46,861 nt of DNA from Cyanobacteriota bacterium (GCA_041165225.1 JBEANW010000534.1:1-46861), one strand, 5' to 3'; positions 27,605 to 37,776 are shown, numbered from the stretch's first letter. The notes: generated from the letters alone by a model not told the origin. Numbers and translations are program-made.

Positions 27605-28855
27605 CTAGAGGTAGCTAGCTGTAACTTCATCCTTCGCACCGTCAGCCGTTTGTAGCGCTAAACCGTCATTGAAATCTACTGGAATGGAACCTTCCTCGGG
27701 CACTGTGATAGAAGGTAAAGGGAACTCAACTTTAGGCAGAAACAGCTCAAATCTACGGCCCGTTGCTGATCCCAAACGCAAGGCAATCTCTTGCACCGTG
27801 AAGACTTGGAGATCCTTAAATAGCTTCATGACTTCTTTATTGAGGTTCATTTGCAGCGAGACTCTCGCTTCCATTCTTGAACCAGGAACAAACAAAGAAC
27901 CATCGAGAGAATCAGAACCATAGCAATCTGTTCTCATTTCGTGGTTGTTGGTCAGAGTCAATGTGAAAGTTCTTACACACTGTTGGATTGCCATAGAGTC
28001 AACGGTAATGGCCCCTTGCAAACCTGTGACAGGGCTGTTTATGGAAACCGGCGTTGCGGGCTCATAATATGAAAGATAAATTGGAGCATTGAGACCAGAT
28101 CCATCGGCATCGACTAGTGGGGCACCGGATAGGGTGACAACATCACCAACTACGCTTACAACGGTTCTAGGAGATCCATCTGGAGTATCGGTACTTCTGG
28201 TTGTACCGTTAGCTTCAACGATCATGACGAAGGCGCCAACAGCATTTTCAAAGAGCTTGCCATCGCCTGTAACTAAAGTAACCGTGTTTGTAATGTTGTT
28301 GGTGATAGACTTGCCGATACCAACATACAGAGCATCCTTGGCGTTTCCGCTCCATTCAATCATGGAATCGCCATCACCAGGGAATTGAAGGTTAGCCGAC
28401 TGTACAAATGCGCCGCGAACTAAACGACTCCAGCGATCCCCGGTTTCTAGGATGGTGAAGCTTATATCGGGTGTATCTCTTGTGTAGATTAAACCAGATG
28501 AAACGACTTCTTTACCTAGAAGAGACTTCCATAGGACCCGCAAAGCTGGGTCAATCTCGGCTGCTCCGCCAGATCCCAACGTTGTATCGATGTTAAACAG
28601 AGTGGGAAGAGTCCAAGAACACTCTTTTTTGCCTTTGATGGTTCCAACGAATCCACGGCCCGATCTATGGGGAGAAGGTTCGAATGGTTGGGTAAACTCT
28701 ACCGATCCACCTTGAGCCGTAAAGAAAAAATCGGCTCCAGTAGGAGCTACAGCTACACCGCGAAGGTTAGAAGCTTCTTGTTTAATATAAAAGCGTTGCT
28801 CTAAAGCAATCGAATCGCCAGAAAGATTATAGAGATCCGCGTAATTCTTTGCCAT
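27605..28855 (-). CDS. Major tail tube protein
   Basis: Position after the tail terminator; tube-like beta pattern with a central insertion; followed by a terminator. Confidence 0.8.
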   Translation of the reverse strand: MAKNYADLYNLSGDSIALEQRFYIKQEASNLRGVAVAPTGADFFFTAQGGSVEFTQPFEPSPHRSGRGFVGTIKGKKECSWTLPTLFNIDTTLGSGGAAEIDPALRVLWKSLLGKEVVSSGLIYTRDTPDISFTILETGDRWSRLVRGAFVQSANLQFPGDGDSMIEWSGNAKDALYVGIGKSITNNITNTVTLVTGDGKLFENAVGAFVMIVEANGTTRSTDTPDGSPRTVVSVVGDVVTLSGAPLVDADGSGLNAPIYLSYYEPATPVSINSPVTGLQGAITVDSMAIQQCVRTFTLTLTNNHEMRTDCYGSDSLDGSLFVPGSRMEARVSLQMNLNKEVMKLFKDLQVFTVQEIALRLGSATGRRFELFLPKVEFPLPSITVPEEGSIPVDFNDGLALQTADGAKDEVTASYL

Positions 28856-28858
28856 TTA

Positions 28859-29302
28859 TTAGCACTCCCCAACTAAATTTTGGTAATAATCCACCGTGAA
28901 GTTTATTCGAGCCGTATAGAATGGGTGCAAAAGCCCCTGATCTGTATTAGATCCTAAGAGCTTAACATGCAAAACCGTTGCTAGTCCAAGCTTAGGTTCT
29001 CCCATCACAGAATTTTCTATTGCCTCGATCAAGTCCCACAATTTTTTTTGAGAAGGTTCATATCCTGTTGCCGCAATTGGCCCGATGACTAATTCAACGG
29101 TTATAGGCCAGGTCTTCCTGCCTCTTAGCATCTCATGCGCGTTTAATTCATCTCCATCGATCAATTGAACGGCTGGCAATTCCCACTCTGCGAAGTCGCC
29201 ATCGAGCAGTCTCACCCGGTCAAAGCTAGACGTTTTTATATCGACTACCAGAGCGACTCTAGCCAAAAAGGCATCTGCTATCTGTGATCTGATTGACGGC
29301 AT
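28859..29302 (-). CDS. Tail terminator / completion protein
   Basis: R.QI......R, ELPAV and LG L motifs; synteny. Confidence 0.7.
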   Translation of the reverse strand: MPSIRSQIADAFLARVALVVDIKTSSFDRVRLLDGDFAEWELPAVQLIDGDELNAHEMLRGRKTWPITVELVIGPIAATGYEPSQKKLWDLIEAIENSVMGEPKLGLATVLHVKLLGSNTDQGLLHPFYTARINFTVDYYQNLVGEC

Positions 29303-29766
29303 TATTTAAGCCCCAAAGCTTTTGCTAATTGTTCTACGATGAAGTCTTTTTCGCTTTCTAGAGCTGGTCTTAGATATGGCCTCGGTCTCCAGTAATTTCC
29401 TTGAATGGTAGGAGCCTTATTAGGCGATCCCTTGCCTAGCCTTCCTCGTTCTTTGAGGTTGGCAAACATGGCTTTCCTCATAGACTCTGTAAACGCGCCG
29501 CCGTATTCATTTATAGAAGCATATGGAACACCAAAAGAGCCAATTCTAACCCCGTATGACCTTCCTTTTCGATAGAACTCATACCTAATGCTATTGACTA
29601 AACGTCCTGTATCGATCATTCCGTAACGTCTAACATTCAGTTTTGCTTTGTACATCACACGCAAAGCAATTCGAGTGAAAGCTTCGTTTAATTCAGGTGA
29701 ACCAATCTTAGCTTTATTGCTTCTTGCTTGGATTCTTTCAACCAAATTTTTAGCATTAGACTTCAT
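29302..29766 (-). CDS. Neck / tail completion protein (HK97 gp10/virion morphogenesis-like)
   Basis: DTGRLVNSI, VPYA...EYG and RPYLRPA motifs. Confidence 0.8.
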   Translation of the reverse strand: MKSNAKNLVERIQARSNKAKIGSPELNEAFTRIALRVMYKAKLNVRRYGMIDTGRLVNSIRYEFYRKGRSYGVRIGSFGVPYASINEYGGAFTESMRKAMFANLKERGRLGKGSPNKAPTIQGNYWRPRPYLRPALESEKDFIVEQLAKALGLK

Positions 29767-29768
29767 TT

Positions 29769-30380
29769 TCAACCATTCCAAACAGGAGAATCCAGGCTAG
29801 GAACCTCCGATTTTTTATAGTTGTTTAGGACAGCCATGATATAAGGAGGAGCTTCTTGCGCCCATTGAGCACTTTCACCATCCTTAGACTTATTGGATCG
29901 CCCGATATTCTGCCCTTCTCTCATTCTGTGATACCATGTACAAAACCACAAACAAGCCATCTGAAGATTGCTAGGAATGGCCGCGAATCCAGCCGTATAA
30001 GTCGCACGAATGTTATGATATCCCTTTGGAAAGATGCTTCCATCGGTCAAAATAAGCGTGTTTTTGAAGTCGCCAAGCGCATATGTAGTGGCATCTTTAA
30101 GGGTATTAGAATCGGTGAAAACGCTATTGGGATCTATCCGTAATTCTGTGATAGAAATAACCGGAAATTGATCCAGTAGAATCATGTTGCTGGATCGCCC
30201 GTGGTGATATTCCACGTGGCTTTGTAGAGCAAATTTCCGGTTACAATAGTCTTCAATGTGTTGACTCGAAGCATTGACAAAGAGTTCTACCATATCGTCA
30301 AGAGTAGTCTCTAGATCTGGGATCTTTAGCCACTTTTTAGCAAAGCTTAAAGTTACCAATGCGTTCGAGTTCAAAGCCAT
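29769..30380 (-). CDS. Head-tail connector (gp6/gp15-like)
   Basis: LVTL..AK.WL, AS..IE.YC.R and YTAGF..IP..L..A motifs. Confidence 0.85.
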   Translation of the reverse strand: MALNSNALVTLSFAKKWLKIPDLETTLDDMVELFVNASSQHIEDYCNRKFALQSHVEYHHGRSSNMILLDQFPVISITELRIDPNSVFTDSNTLKDATTYALGDFKNTLILTDGSIFPKGYHNIRATYTAGFAAIPSNLQMACLWFCTWYHRMREGQNIGRSNKSKDGESAQWAQEAPPYIMAVLNNYKKSEVPSLDSPVWNG

Positions 30381-30608
30381 TTATTTTGTCTCCAGAGCTA
30401 CTTTTTCTTTTGTGTCAAAAACTTGTGCAAAAGAACCATGATATTTCGCCATAATGATATACCCGATTTCATCGGTAACTTCGGCCACGGATCCAAGATT
30501 CCACTTGCCGATATATTTCTTCTTTGGTTCTTCTTCACAGCCGTACTCTACCATAACAACTATTCCATCAGTATCGCCGCTAAGTTTTTTCGTTAGCTTG
30601 AGTTTCAT
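30381..30608 (-). CDS. Hypothetical small head-region protein
   Basis: AAGGA RBS; abuts the connector gene. Confidence 0.6.
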   Translation of the reverse strand: MKLKLTKKLSGDTDGIVVMVEYGCEEEPKKKYIGKWNLGSVAEVTDEIGYIIMAKYHGSFAQVFDTKEKVALETK

Positions 30609-31062
30609 CTTGCAATTCCTTTATGAGTTTTTCTAATTCTACTAATCCAATTGAACTATTGGTTTTACCCAGGATAGCTCTTGTCACAAACTCTGTGCAA
30701 ATAAAATAGTTACGATTTTGCCAGATATTTTCCTGTTTTTTAGAGAAGAATCCTAGCTTTCGTAATCCAAGAAATATTAATGCAAACCAATCGTATGAAA
30801 TACCGATATAAAGAGAGAGCAATCCTAAAAAATAAGACTGCTCATCTCCTTCCACTTCCACTTCATAAGTTTTTATGACGTTATATTTTTTTTGGAATTG
30901 TTTAATATGACTAAGCTCAACTCCTGAATGTGTTGAGTGAGCCACTACGCTACAATTTCCAAAATATCTAGAAGAAATTGCAACATGGGAATAAGGTCCT
31001 CCATCAATCGATGCTATCAATTGAGATCCGATGTTTTTCCCCTTGCAAAATATGACGATCAT
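30580..31062 (-). CDS. Permuted papain-like amidase (YiiX/YebB, NlpC/P60 superfamily)
   Basis: His-before-Cys order: YSHVAI...G..YD...FICTEFV. Confidence 0.78.
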   Translation of the reverse strand: MIVIFCKGKNIGSQLIASIDGGPYSHVAISSRYFGNCSVVAHSTHSGVELSHIKQFQKKYNVIKTYEVEVEGDEQSYFLGLLSLYIGISYDWFALIFLGLRKLGFFSKKQENIWQNRNYFICTEFVTRAILGKTNSSIGLVELEKLIKELQDETQANEKT

Positions 31063-31658
31063 TTGACCTCGTTCATAATGTAATTGATGCCAATGGTTTT
31101 ACTTGACATAGAGGTATAGGTGATCTTTAAAACCATACCAGCATAGAGGTCTGCGTCAAAAGGGCTCTCACGCTTGTAAAAGTCCTTGGCTATATTGAGC
31201 GTGTAACCAAACTGGTTGAGCAAAAGATTAGGCACCCCTGAGTATGTTCCCGCTGCACTATCATAAACTCGAAGCTCACCATAATCTAGAGACTCGGCAC
31301 CGATGCACTCAAGCCCGATCATTTTTACCCAGGGAAAAGTTGCGGTATAGATCAAATCATTGGGACCAGGTCCCAACATAAATTGCTTGCCAGTGTTTCT
31401 CGCAAATAGTTTTTTAGAACCTAAATTTTTAGATGAAAAAGCAGAGTTGATTTGTGGTGTTACAATATTACCTTTGGATTTGTAACTTGTCTCAAACTCT
31501 AGTTCGGCTGATCCGTCTTTAGGTATGATGCAATCTAGTTGAAAAGCATCATCGGTTGCGTACAAAAAATAGTTTGAATCAATATCAACCCACTGAATCG
31601 ATATGGATCGACTATCAACGAACGATTTAAAATCAGACCATTTTGCTGTTAATCTCAT
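31059..31658 (-). CDS. Hypothetical (probable virion) protein
   Basis: ATGA-coupled on both sides within the head operon. Confidence 0.65.
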   Translation of the reverse strand: MRLTAKWSDFKSFVDSRSISIQWVDIDSNYFLYATDDAFQLDCIIPKDGSAELEFETSYKSKGNIVTPQINSAFSSKNLGSKKLFARNTGKQFMLGPGPNDLIYTATFPWVKMIGLECIGAESLDYGELRVYDSAAGTYSGVPNLLLNQFGYTLNIAKDFYKRESPFDADLYAGMVLKITYTSMSSKTIGINYIMNEVK

Positions 31659-32968
31659 ACAGCCTCGAACCAAATTAAGTTAGCAAGATTTGACGTTCCG
31701 TTAGCTTTTGCAGATCCAGTTATTAATAATGTGTTTCCTGGTGTCAAAATAATATATGGATCTAATTTTCCGTGATACATAGGCGAAGCTTGATCGGATT
31801 TACCTACGGTAAAAATATGGCTTCTTGTTCCGTTTGCTGACACCGTTGGCGTTATAAATACACTTAAAACTGAAGCCGTTGCCGATCCTGGTCTTAGATT
31901 GACAATGGTTTGAGCCGTTCCGTTAGCACTAACGGTTGGATTATAATAAAAATTATAAGTTATATAGTTCCCGTTATCAGGTCCAGGCGCAAGTAGCATC
32001 GTTGATATAAATATTGTTTTTGTGTTTGCCGCAGAGTTAACCAAATAAATCAATCTGGTCTCAGCGGTTGCAACGGTTAAAGTTGAGTTTGACCAGCTAA
32101 AAGCATTACCTTGCATTGCCATTTGAGATGGCTCTGATCTAGGTATTTGATTGTATGTTGAGTTGTTATCGATATAAGCCGTGGTTAGCAACGGCTCGCC
32201 GATGAAATCATTATCAACTTGAGTTCGGTCCCAGTTGTTTAGATAGATTGCATCAAATGACAAGGTAGTTGCTGTTACAATAGCGGCATTTAAAACGCTA
32301 CAAACAACGTCCATCGGATCGTATGGACCGGGGATATGAAGGGTATGTCTTGCGACAACGACATCATTTATAGCCAAGGTAGAATTTATGGCTGAAACCG
32401 ATATGGAATACTTCTGATCGTTGGCCGTTGTCGCTCCACCCGGCAACGTCACCACGGTTTCTTGAATTTCCGTGGCAGAGGACCCCCAAGAGGTTCTAAA
32501 TTTTAACGTGGTGTTAACGGTTCCATCTAACACGCAAACGGATTGCTTAGTTGCGGCAGCATTTTGAAAACCAAATATGGACGTTTGATTAGCAATCCTT
32601 TGCGATACCCTGCCAAAAAATTGTAAGGTCATTGGCAAGTAATCGGCGGCGTGAACGATCTTAGCCGTGCCAGCGTTTGCGGTTCCTGGCAGAATAGACA
32701 CGCGCCCTGATCCAACCGTTATATTTGAGCCGGTCCCTGAGTTGGTGGGAACCCATTCAGCGGTTAAAGCGACACCAGAAAAATCATCTCTGAACCCGCC
32801 CTCATCACTGGTCACGGATCCGTGGATTTCAAGTCTATTTGATGAGTCAAAATTCTGTTTAGTTGTTCCGGTGGTGACAATGGTAACGGATGGATCCGGC
32901 TGGTATCCATTTTGAATATCACCTAGGATCACTTGGCTATTGTCTAGATCACCACCACCGATACCCAT
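31655..32968 (-). CDS. Beta-rich virion protein (putative head fibre/decoration)
   Basis: Thr/Ser/Asn-rich; FRDDFSG lectin-like start and a separate C-terminal beta-domain ending NLIWFE. Confidence 0.6.
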   Translation of the reverse strand: MGIGGGDLDNSQVILGDIQNGYQPDPSVTIVTTGTTKQNFDSSNRLEIHGSVTSDEGGFRDDFSGVALTAEWVPTNSGTGSNITVGSGRVSILPGTANAGTAKIVHAADYLPMTLQFFGRVSQRIANQTSIFGFQNAAATKQSVCVLDGTVNTTLKFRTSWGSSATEIQETVVTLPGGATTANDQKYSISVSAINSTLAINDVVVARHTLHIPGPYDPMDVVCSVLNAAIVTATTLSFDAIYLNNWDRTQVDNDFIGEPLLTTAYIDNNSTYNQIPRSEPSQMAMQGNAFSWSNSTLTVATAETRLIYLVNSAANTKTIFISTMLLAPGPDNGNYITYNFYYNPTVSANGTAQTIVNLRPGSATASVLSVFITPTVSANGTRSHIFTVGKSDQASPMYHGKLDPYIILTPGNTLLITGSAKANGTSNLANLIWFEAV

Positions 32969-33207
32969 TACTTATCCCCGCCCGGATGAATTGCTTTGAT
33001 TGTGTATCCTGGTTCATCGGCTGGCTTTTGAGCCTCGGCATATGCCTTAGCCATAGTTCCAGCCAAATCTTGGAGCCACCGCACACCATCGGCAAACTGA
33101 CATATCTGAGGGAGAGCCGCTTCGGGTAACTTGGCTCCCCTCAAAACCGTGATAAAATTTGCTAACGCTAAGCAGTCGTCTCTCGTGATATTTAATAAGT
33201 CCTTCAT
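32968..33207 (-). CDS. Hypothetical protein
   Basis: 79 aa, coupled to its neighbours. Confidence 0.6.
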   Translation of the reverse strand: MKDLLNITRDDCLALANFITVLRGAKLPEAALPQICQFADGVRWLQDLAGTMAKAYAEAQKPADEPGYTIKAIHPGGDK

Positions 33208-33209
33208 AA

Positions 33210-33959
33210 TTAACTCATTTCTAATATTGCTACGTCTTTGCTTGCACCATCGCAGATACCATACATGATAGGCGCAGGTCCGACATCAAAAGTTACATAC
33301 CCACCGTTGCCAATCTTAACCCCTCTGGTTGCGCCATTCGATGTTACCGTTGCAGAGCCAACATAAAGGTTTCCGTTCGATAGCATCTGAATCATCAGTG
33401 ATTTACGATTGCTCAACGATGTTGTCGGTAAGGCCACTGCGGTGGTTCCTACGGTAATAACCTGCTGGAGTACGGCAATTTCAGACTTTTGGATAACTCG
33501 CAATTCACCAATGGCGTTTTGCTGAATCGCTGCATAATCGCCATCTGCTGATACCAAGGTTCCTGCACTGTCCTTTCGAACCACTGCAATAGCAGCAAGA
33601 ATATCCGCGTTAGCCGATGCCGAATCCTCAACCTTCGTAAAATTCTGGCCGGTTGGAATTGTCGATAGAGTGTAAAGCCTTCCCACATTGTCTGTTGTGA
33701 GCGCAATATAATCCCCATCGGTTCCGGCTAGAGCTGTTCCTCCATCGTTTCTGACGGCTAAAATTAGCTGGCCCAGATCTCCGCTTACATGGGGGCTGTC
33801 CTCACCAAATGTAGAGGCTGGGTAAACATCAAGCTTACCACCTGTCGAAGTTAACAGAGTTCCAGCTGCGTCTGACAAGTAAGATACGATGTTGTCACCG
33901 TTAGAAATGCTTGCCGTGTTCGCTATAATTTGAGTTTTACCGCCACCCATAACCGCCAT
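33210..33959 (-). CDS. Putative head decoration/fibre protein with internal duplication
   Basis: Two EDS...AV.R.D....L...DGDY......G.L repeats; C-domain paralogous to 33971-34765; AAGGAG RBS. Confidence 0.6.
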   Translation of the reverse strand: MAVMGGGKTQIIANTASISNGDNIVSYLSDAAGTLLTSTGGKLDVYPASTFGEDSPHVSGDLGQLILAVRNDGGTALAGTDGDYIALTTDNVGRLYTLSTIPTGQNFTKVEDSASANADILAAIAVVRKDSAGTLVSADGDYAAIQQNAIGELRVIQKSEIAVLQQVITVGTTAVALPTTSLSNRKSLMIQMLSNGNLYVGSATVTSNGATRGVKIGNGGYVTFDVGPAPIMYGICDGASKDVAILEMS

Positions 33960-33970
33960 GGTTTTACTCC

Positions 33971-34765
33971 TTAAGCTATTTCCTCAACCGTTATAATAAC
34001 AGATCCAGATTTTGATTTTGCGTATATCGGTATTGTATCGCTTATTTCGTAATAACGCTCTACTCCAGGTAGCACTATTAAACCATAATAACCAATTGTT
34101 GTTTGGTCAAAGTTTAATTTAATTTCTACACCCGAATAATTTTGAATTGATAAAGCGTTTCTTTTGTTTAGTGGAGTAATAGGTAATGCGGTCCAATTTG
34201 CATCGTTTATCATTACTTGCGAAGTCTTCCCAGCAATGCTTAAGCCAGCAGGTTGCAATAGTCCAGACACTTCTGGTACGCCGTTATCCCCTCGCCAAGC
34301 GTACCATTTCCCATCTGATCCAAGGATCATGACGGGGCTTCCACGGTCAGCTTCTAGGTCTGCCGTTTGTGCATCTAATAGAGCTGGATCTAGTGGGAAG
34401 TCAGCGACAACGGCGACATGCACCCCGAGCTCACAATCCTCTCCGGTGACTATGACTTCGACGCTTAACTTATTTGCTATCCGTGTGATAACTCTTCTAT
34501 CACTTGTTGGAGCATCTGCAAAAGTAAAAATGGAGTGGCCGTTTAAATCGACTCGCTCCCCTGCTTGAGATCCATCGCCTGGTCCAGCATCAAAATAGTT
34601 AACCTTAACCGTACCTGAAGTACCCAAATCCTTATAATAAACCGTGGATAAAAGGCTATTTCCTCCAGGGTTTCCGATCAATAACGTATGAGTTCCTACA
34701 GAGAAAGTCTGAATAGGGATGATAGTTTTTTGTTCGTATAAACCAATCCTTGTTGCGTCAGACAT
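33971..34765 (-). CDS. Putative head decoration protein
   Basis: First gene after the capsid; C-domain TALP.TPL..R..L.IQN.S. Confidence 0.6.
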   Translation of the reverse strand: MSDATRIGLYEQKTIIPIQTFSVGTHTLLIGNPGGNSLLSTVYYKDLGTSGTVKVNYFDAGPGDGSQAGERVDLNGHSIFTFADAPTSDRRVITRIANKLSVEVIVTGEDCELGVHVAVVADFPLDPALLDAQTADLEADRGSPVMILGSDGKWYAWRGDNGVPEVSGLLQPAGLSIAGKTSQVMINDANWTALPITPLNKRNALSIQNYSGVEIKLNFDQTTIGYYGLIVLPGVERYYEISDTIPIYAKSKSGSVIITVEEIA

Positions 34766-34774
34766 TTATACCTC

Positions 34775-34815
34775 AAAAAACTAATATGACAGGGAGATTT
34801 TACCTCCCCATCATA
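34775..34815 (-). terminator. Terminator after the major capsid gene
   Basis: ATGATGGGGAGG-loop-TCTCCCTGTCAT followed by a T-rich tract. Confidence 0.6.
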
Positions 34816-34842
34816 CACAATCATCACCCCTCTAGGAAACGA

Positions 34843-36237
34843 TTACAGCGGAATGTTGAAACCATAAACAACGGAAACCTCGTTTGCGCCTTGGGTATGG
34901 CCTTTGAAGTCCAACCGTTGGTAGGATGCCAACAAAGTACGGTCATCCTTAGGAAGATCTTGCATCATCTTGACCTGGATTGCTCGGCGTTGGCCAAAGT
35001 ACCAGCGAGAAGTATTGACCAAGATTAAACCGGCTTTGTTAGAGACAAGACCGTCATAAACACCTGCCGTTGCGTTAAGATCTTCACGCATATATTGACT
35101 TTGAATCAGCGGGATCCCCATGTAGGAAGCTGTTGCTCCTTTGAGGATTGTCGCTGCTGCTGGCCCTGCTTTATCTACTGTAAGGATCTCATCAAGAGCC
35201 AAGAATTGGGTGTAGACTGCTGGTCCACAGATCCACATGAGGTTGGCAGGATTTACGCCAAACTTTTTCATACGAGCTCGCATCGTGCGGAGCTGGGTCT
35301 TTGTGAAAGCTGCGCCAAAATCTACCGTTGCGCCGTTCGCACTGTTGGCAATCGATTGGCGTCTTAAACCCTTCCAAACTTTCTCAGCAACATCAGCGCC
35401 AAGAGCTTGGGTGTCAGAGTCAATGTGAGTACCGTCATCATCGCCGTTAATTGCAGCTGCTTCCACAGCTCTGTATTGTTCAAGAATGACCTCTTCTTTG
35501 GCTCCAGCTAGGAAGTCAGGAGCGCTATCCTCCTGTAATTCCTCAGGAATTTCCTGATATGACGCGAGCTTCACGGCGTTGAAGTCTATAGTTGTGGTCC
35601 CCCAAGAATTGGCCGTCATAGACGTATTCTCGGTGGCCTTACGAGCCTTGTTGACGTCCTTCTTGACTGGTTGTTTCCAAGGGTTGGTAGGCATGGTCAC
35701 GGTACGAAACCGTTGTTGCAAAACAAAATCTAGTTCATATTCGGCGATGAAGTTTGAGCTTATGCCGGTTGGGATCCACTCTAAACCGCCCGATGCCACT
35801 CCCGTACCAAACGCCTTGATCATAGGAACCAGGGTATTTTTAGCGTAATAGGAATCTTCGACGCCTTTGACAGCGGCGGTATAATCCTGATCTTCCGTCT
35901 TGCCAATCCGGTCAAGTGGTTGGCCTTTCCATTGAGCGATCCAGCGAGAAACATCAACCGTGGTTTTCAGGTTTTTCACGATGCTTTTCAGCTCAGGAGC
36001 GACATGCTTAAAGATCGGGGCTCCAGTGTTCACCTTGATCAATTGAGCAGGGGAGGAGCATCCGAAAGCTTTCAATGCCCGTTGTTCATCGGAAGTGGAG
36101 CGATTGCCATAAACAGGATTGCTGATCCAGTTTGCTTTTTCGGTTTCAAGTTCGGTCACTTTTTTCTCTGCTGCTACGACTCGATCTTCAAACTTCTTCA
36201 GATCTTCAGCTAAACTCTCTTTTGTCACTGCCGCCAT
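34843..36237 (-). CDS. Major capsid protein (HK97 fold)
   Basis: N-terminal delta-like coil, GG..IP, I.EEL.EDS, AINGD, G.P...S; GGAGGAG RBS; synteny. Confidence 0.92.
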   Translation of the reverse strand: MAAVTKESLAEDLKKFEDRVVAAEKKVTELETEKANWISNPVYGNRSTSDEQRALKAFGCSSPAQLIKVNTGAPIFKHVAPELKSIVKNLKTTVDVSRWIAQWKGQPLDRIGKTEDQDYTAAVKGVEDSYYAKNTLVPMIKAFGTGVASGGLEWIPTGISSNFIAEYELDFVLQQRFRTVTMPTNPWKQPVKKDVNKARKATENTSMTANSWGTTTIDFNAVKLASYQEIPEELQEDSAPDFLAGAKEEVILEQYRAVEAAAINGDDDGTHIDSDTQALGADVAEKVWKGLRRQSIANSANGATVDFGAAFTKTQLRTMRARMKKFGVNPANLMWICGPAVYTQFLALDEILTVDKAGPAAATILKGATASYMGIPLIQSQYMREDLNATAGVYDGLVSNKAGLILVNTSRWYFGQRRAIQVKMMQDLPKDDRTLLASYQRLDFKGHTQGANEVSVVYGFNIPL

Positions 36238-36261
36238 ATTAGGTCTCCTCCGTGAATATTT

Positions 36262-37776
36262 TTAATAGCCTAATTTTTTTAATCGTTGGTTTAAATTATC
36301 TCTGTAATTGGTCAACATTGCAAGAGTCTGTGTACTTTCGACTTCATTATCTTCTCCAGGCTCTTCGACCGTGGATTCTTCTTGCTCAAGAGCTGCTGCA
36401 TTGTCTAACTTCTGGCTCATCTTTTGTACTTCTTGAATAAGCGTTGTGAGCAGCATATTTGTCGTTTTAGCCACAACCATCTCTGCTGTGTCTTGGGTCG
36501 ATTGAGCGTCCTGGTCGGCGGGAATTGACGACTTAACTTTGAGGCTTTTCTGCGCACTGGCCATGCTTAAAGCGTACCACGCCAGAAAGCCATAATCGAG
36601 CTTACCTAGCGCCTCTTGACATGCCGCTTTGGCATTGGTCCAAGCTGTCTCATCAGACACCCAGCTAGGCATAGCTCCACCCTCAGATTCTTCAACCGTT
36701 TTCTTGTCGGCTAGGAAGGATTCTTTGAGCTTAGAAGCGTCTGGTTTTGGCTCCTCTGTTGGGGTCTCTTCTGGCGGCGGTTCACCCTCGATTGCTTTGA
36801 CTTTTTCAACCGCTGTAAAATATCCAGTTGCCCCGTTTTCTAGTACCTCACTTGTGAGCGTAGAAGGATCGAGTTCTGGGATATCTGCTTGCGTGAAAAT
36901 GAAGCTCCCTTCAGTCTCTTCTACGACCCCCGTTTTGTAACCGCTTTCTTCGATGAAATCCTTCGCCATGTCTAGCTCTTCAAACATGGTTTTAGGCACT
37001 TCAACTTTTACTAAAACTGATTCGGTTTCCATCGCTTTAAATCCCCCGATGATTTTAGATCCAAACAATGTAGAAAAGGCTAACCAAATTTTTGGAGACA
37101 TTCCGATATCGCCAGACATGGCAGCGTAAACTTCTTCCTTCTTTACCTTCCCGATCTTTGCCACGTTATCAAAGATTGCCTTACGGTCAAAATTAAGACC
37201 ATGAATAGAATATAAATGCTTGGTTATGATAGCAGCCATCTCACAGTTTTTAGATATCAATCGTCTTTCTTCCAGGAACATCTGGCCGAAAGTATTGTTC
37301 TTAAACCGTTTTTGCATGGCCGAAAATATCGAGTCTTGGTTCATCGGGATTGGGACTATGCTTTGTTCGATAAGCTCCCATACCTTGATGACATGGATTC
37401 CATCGGCGTCCTTCTCGCCCCGCTTGGGATCAAAACCAATGGAAAAAGCTTTTAGGATCCCCTCTTCTACCAAGTCCCTAACTGCTGATATCTTCTCGGT
37501 TTTGCTGTTGGATATCATCCCTTTGGTGTAGATGCCGCTATCCTGGAGCTCCACTACCATAGACTTGCCTACTGGCATATTTCCAAAAGCTGGATCCTTA
37601 CCATGATCAAACAGATAAACAGGATTTTTTTTGTAGTTGTCCAACATGCCGCCATGTGGATCTACCCTTTCGTTACCCCTATCCGGTACGTTCTTATTAC
37701 TGAAACCCTCAATTATAATGCCGCCGTTCCGTGTGCTTTTCTTATCAAATTCGAATCCTAGATACTGCATGGTCAT
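36262..37776 (-). CDS. HK97-type prohead protease fused to a long scaffold-like region
   Basis: DRGNE, NPV.LFDH, GILKAFSIGF and EQSIVPIPMN motifs; acidic C-terminal ~340 aa. Confidence 0.88.
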   Translation of the reverse strand: MTMQYLGFEFDKKSTRNGGIIIEGFSNKNVPDRGNERVDPHGGMLDNYKKNPVYLFDHGKDPAFGNMPVGKSMVVELQDSGIYTKGMISNSKTEKISAVRDLVEEGILKAFSIGFDPKRGEKDADGIHVIKVWELIEQSIVPIPMNQDSIFSAMQKRFKNNTFGQMFLEERRLISKNCEMAAIITKHLYSIHGLNFDRKAIFDNVAKIGKVKKEEVYAAMSGDIGMSPKIWLAFSTLFGSKIIGGFKAMETESVLVKVEVPKTMFEELDMAKDFIEESGYKTGVVEETEGSFIFTQADIPELDPSTLTSEVLENGATGYFTAVEKVKAIEGEPPPEETPTEEPKPDASKLKESFLADKKTVEESEGGAMPSWVSDETAWTNAKAACQEALGKLDYGFLAWYALSMASAQKSLKVKSSIPADQDAQSTQDTAEMVVAKTTNMLLTTLIQEVQKMSQKLDNAAALEQEESTVEEPGEDNEVESTQTLAMLTNYRDNLNQRLKKLGY

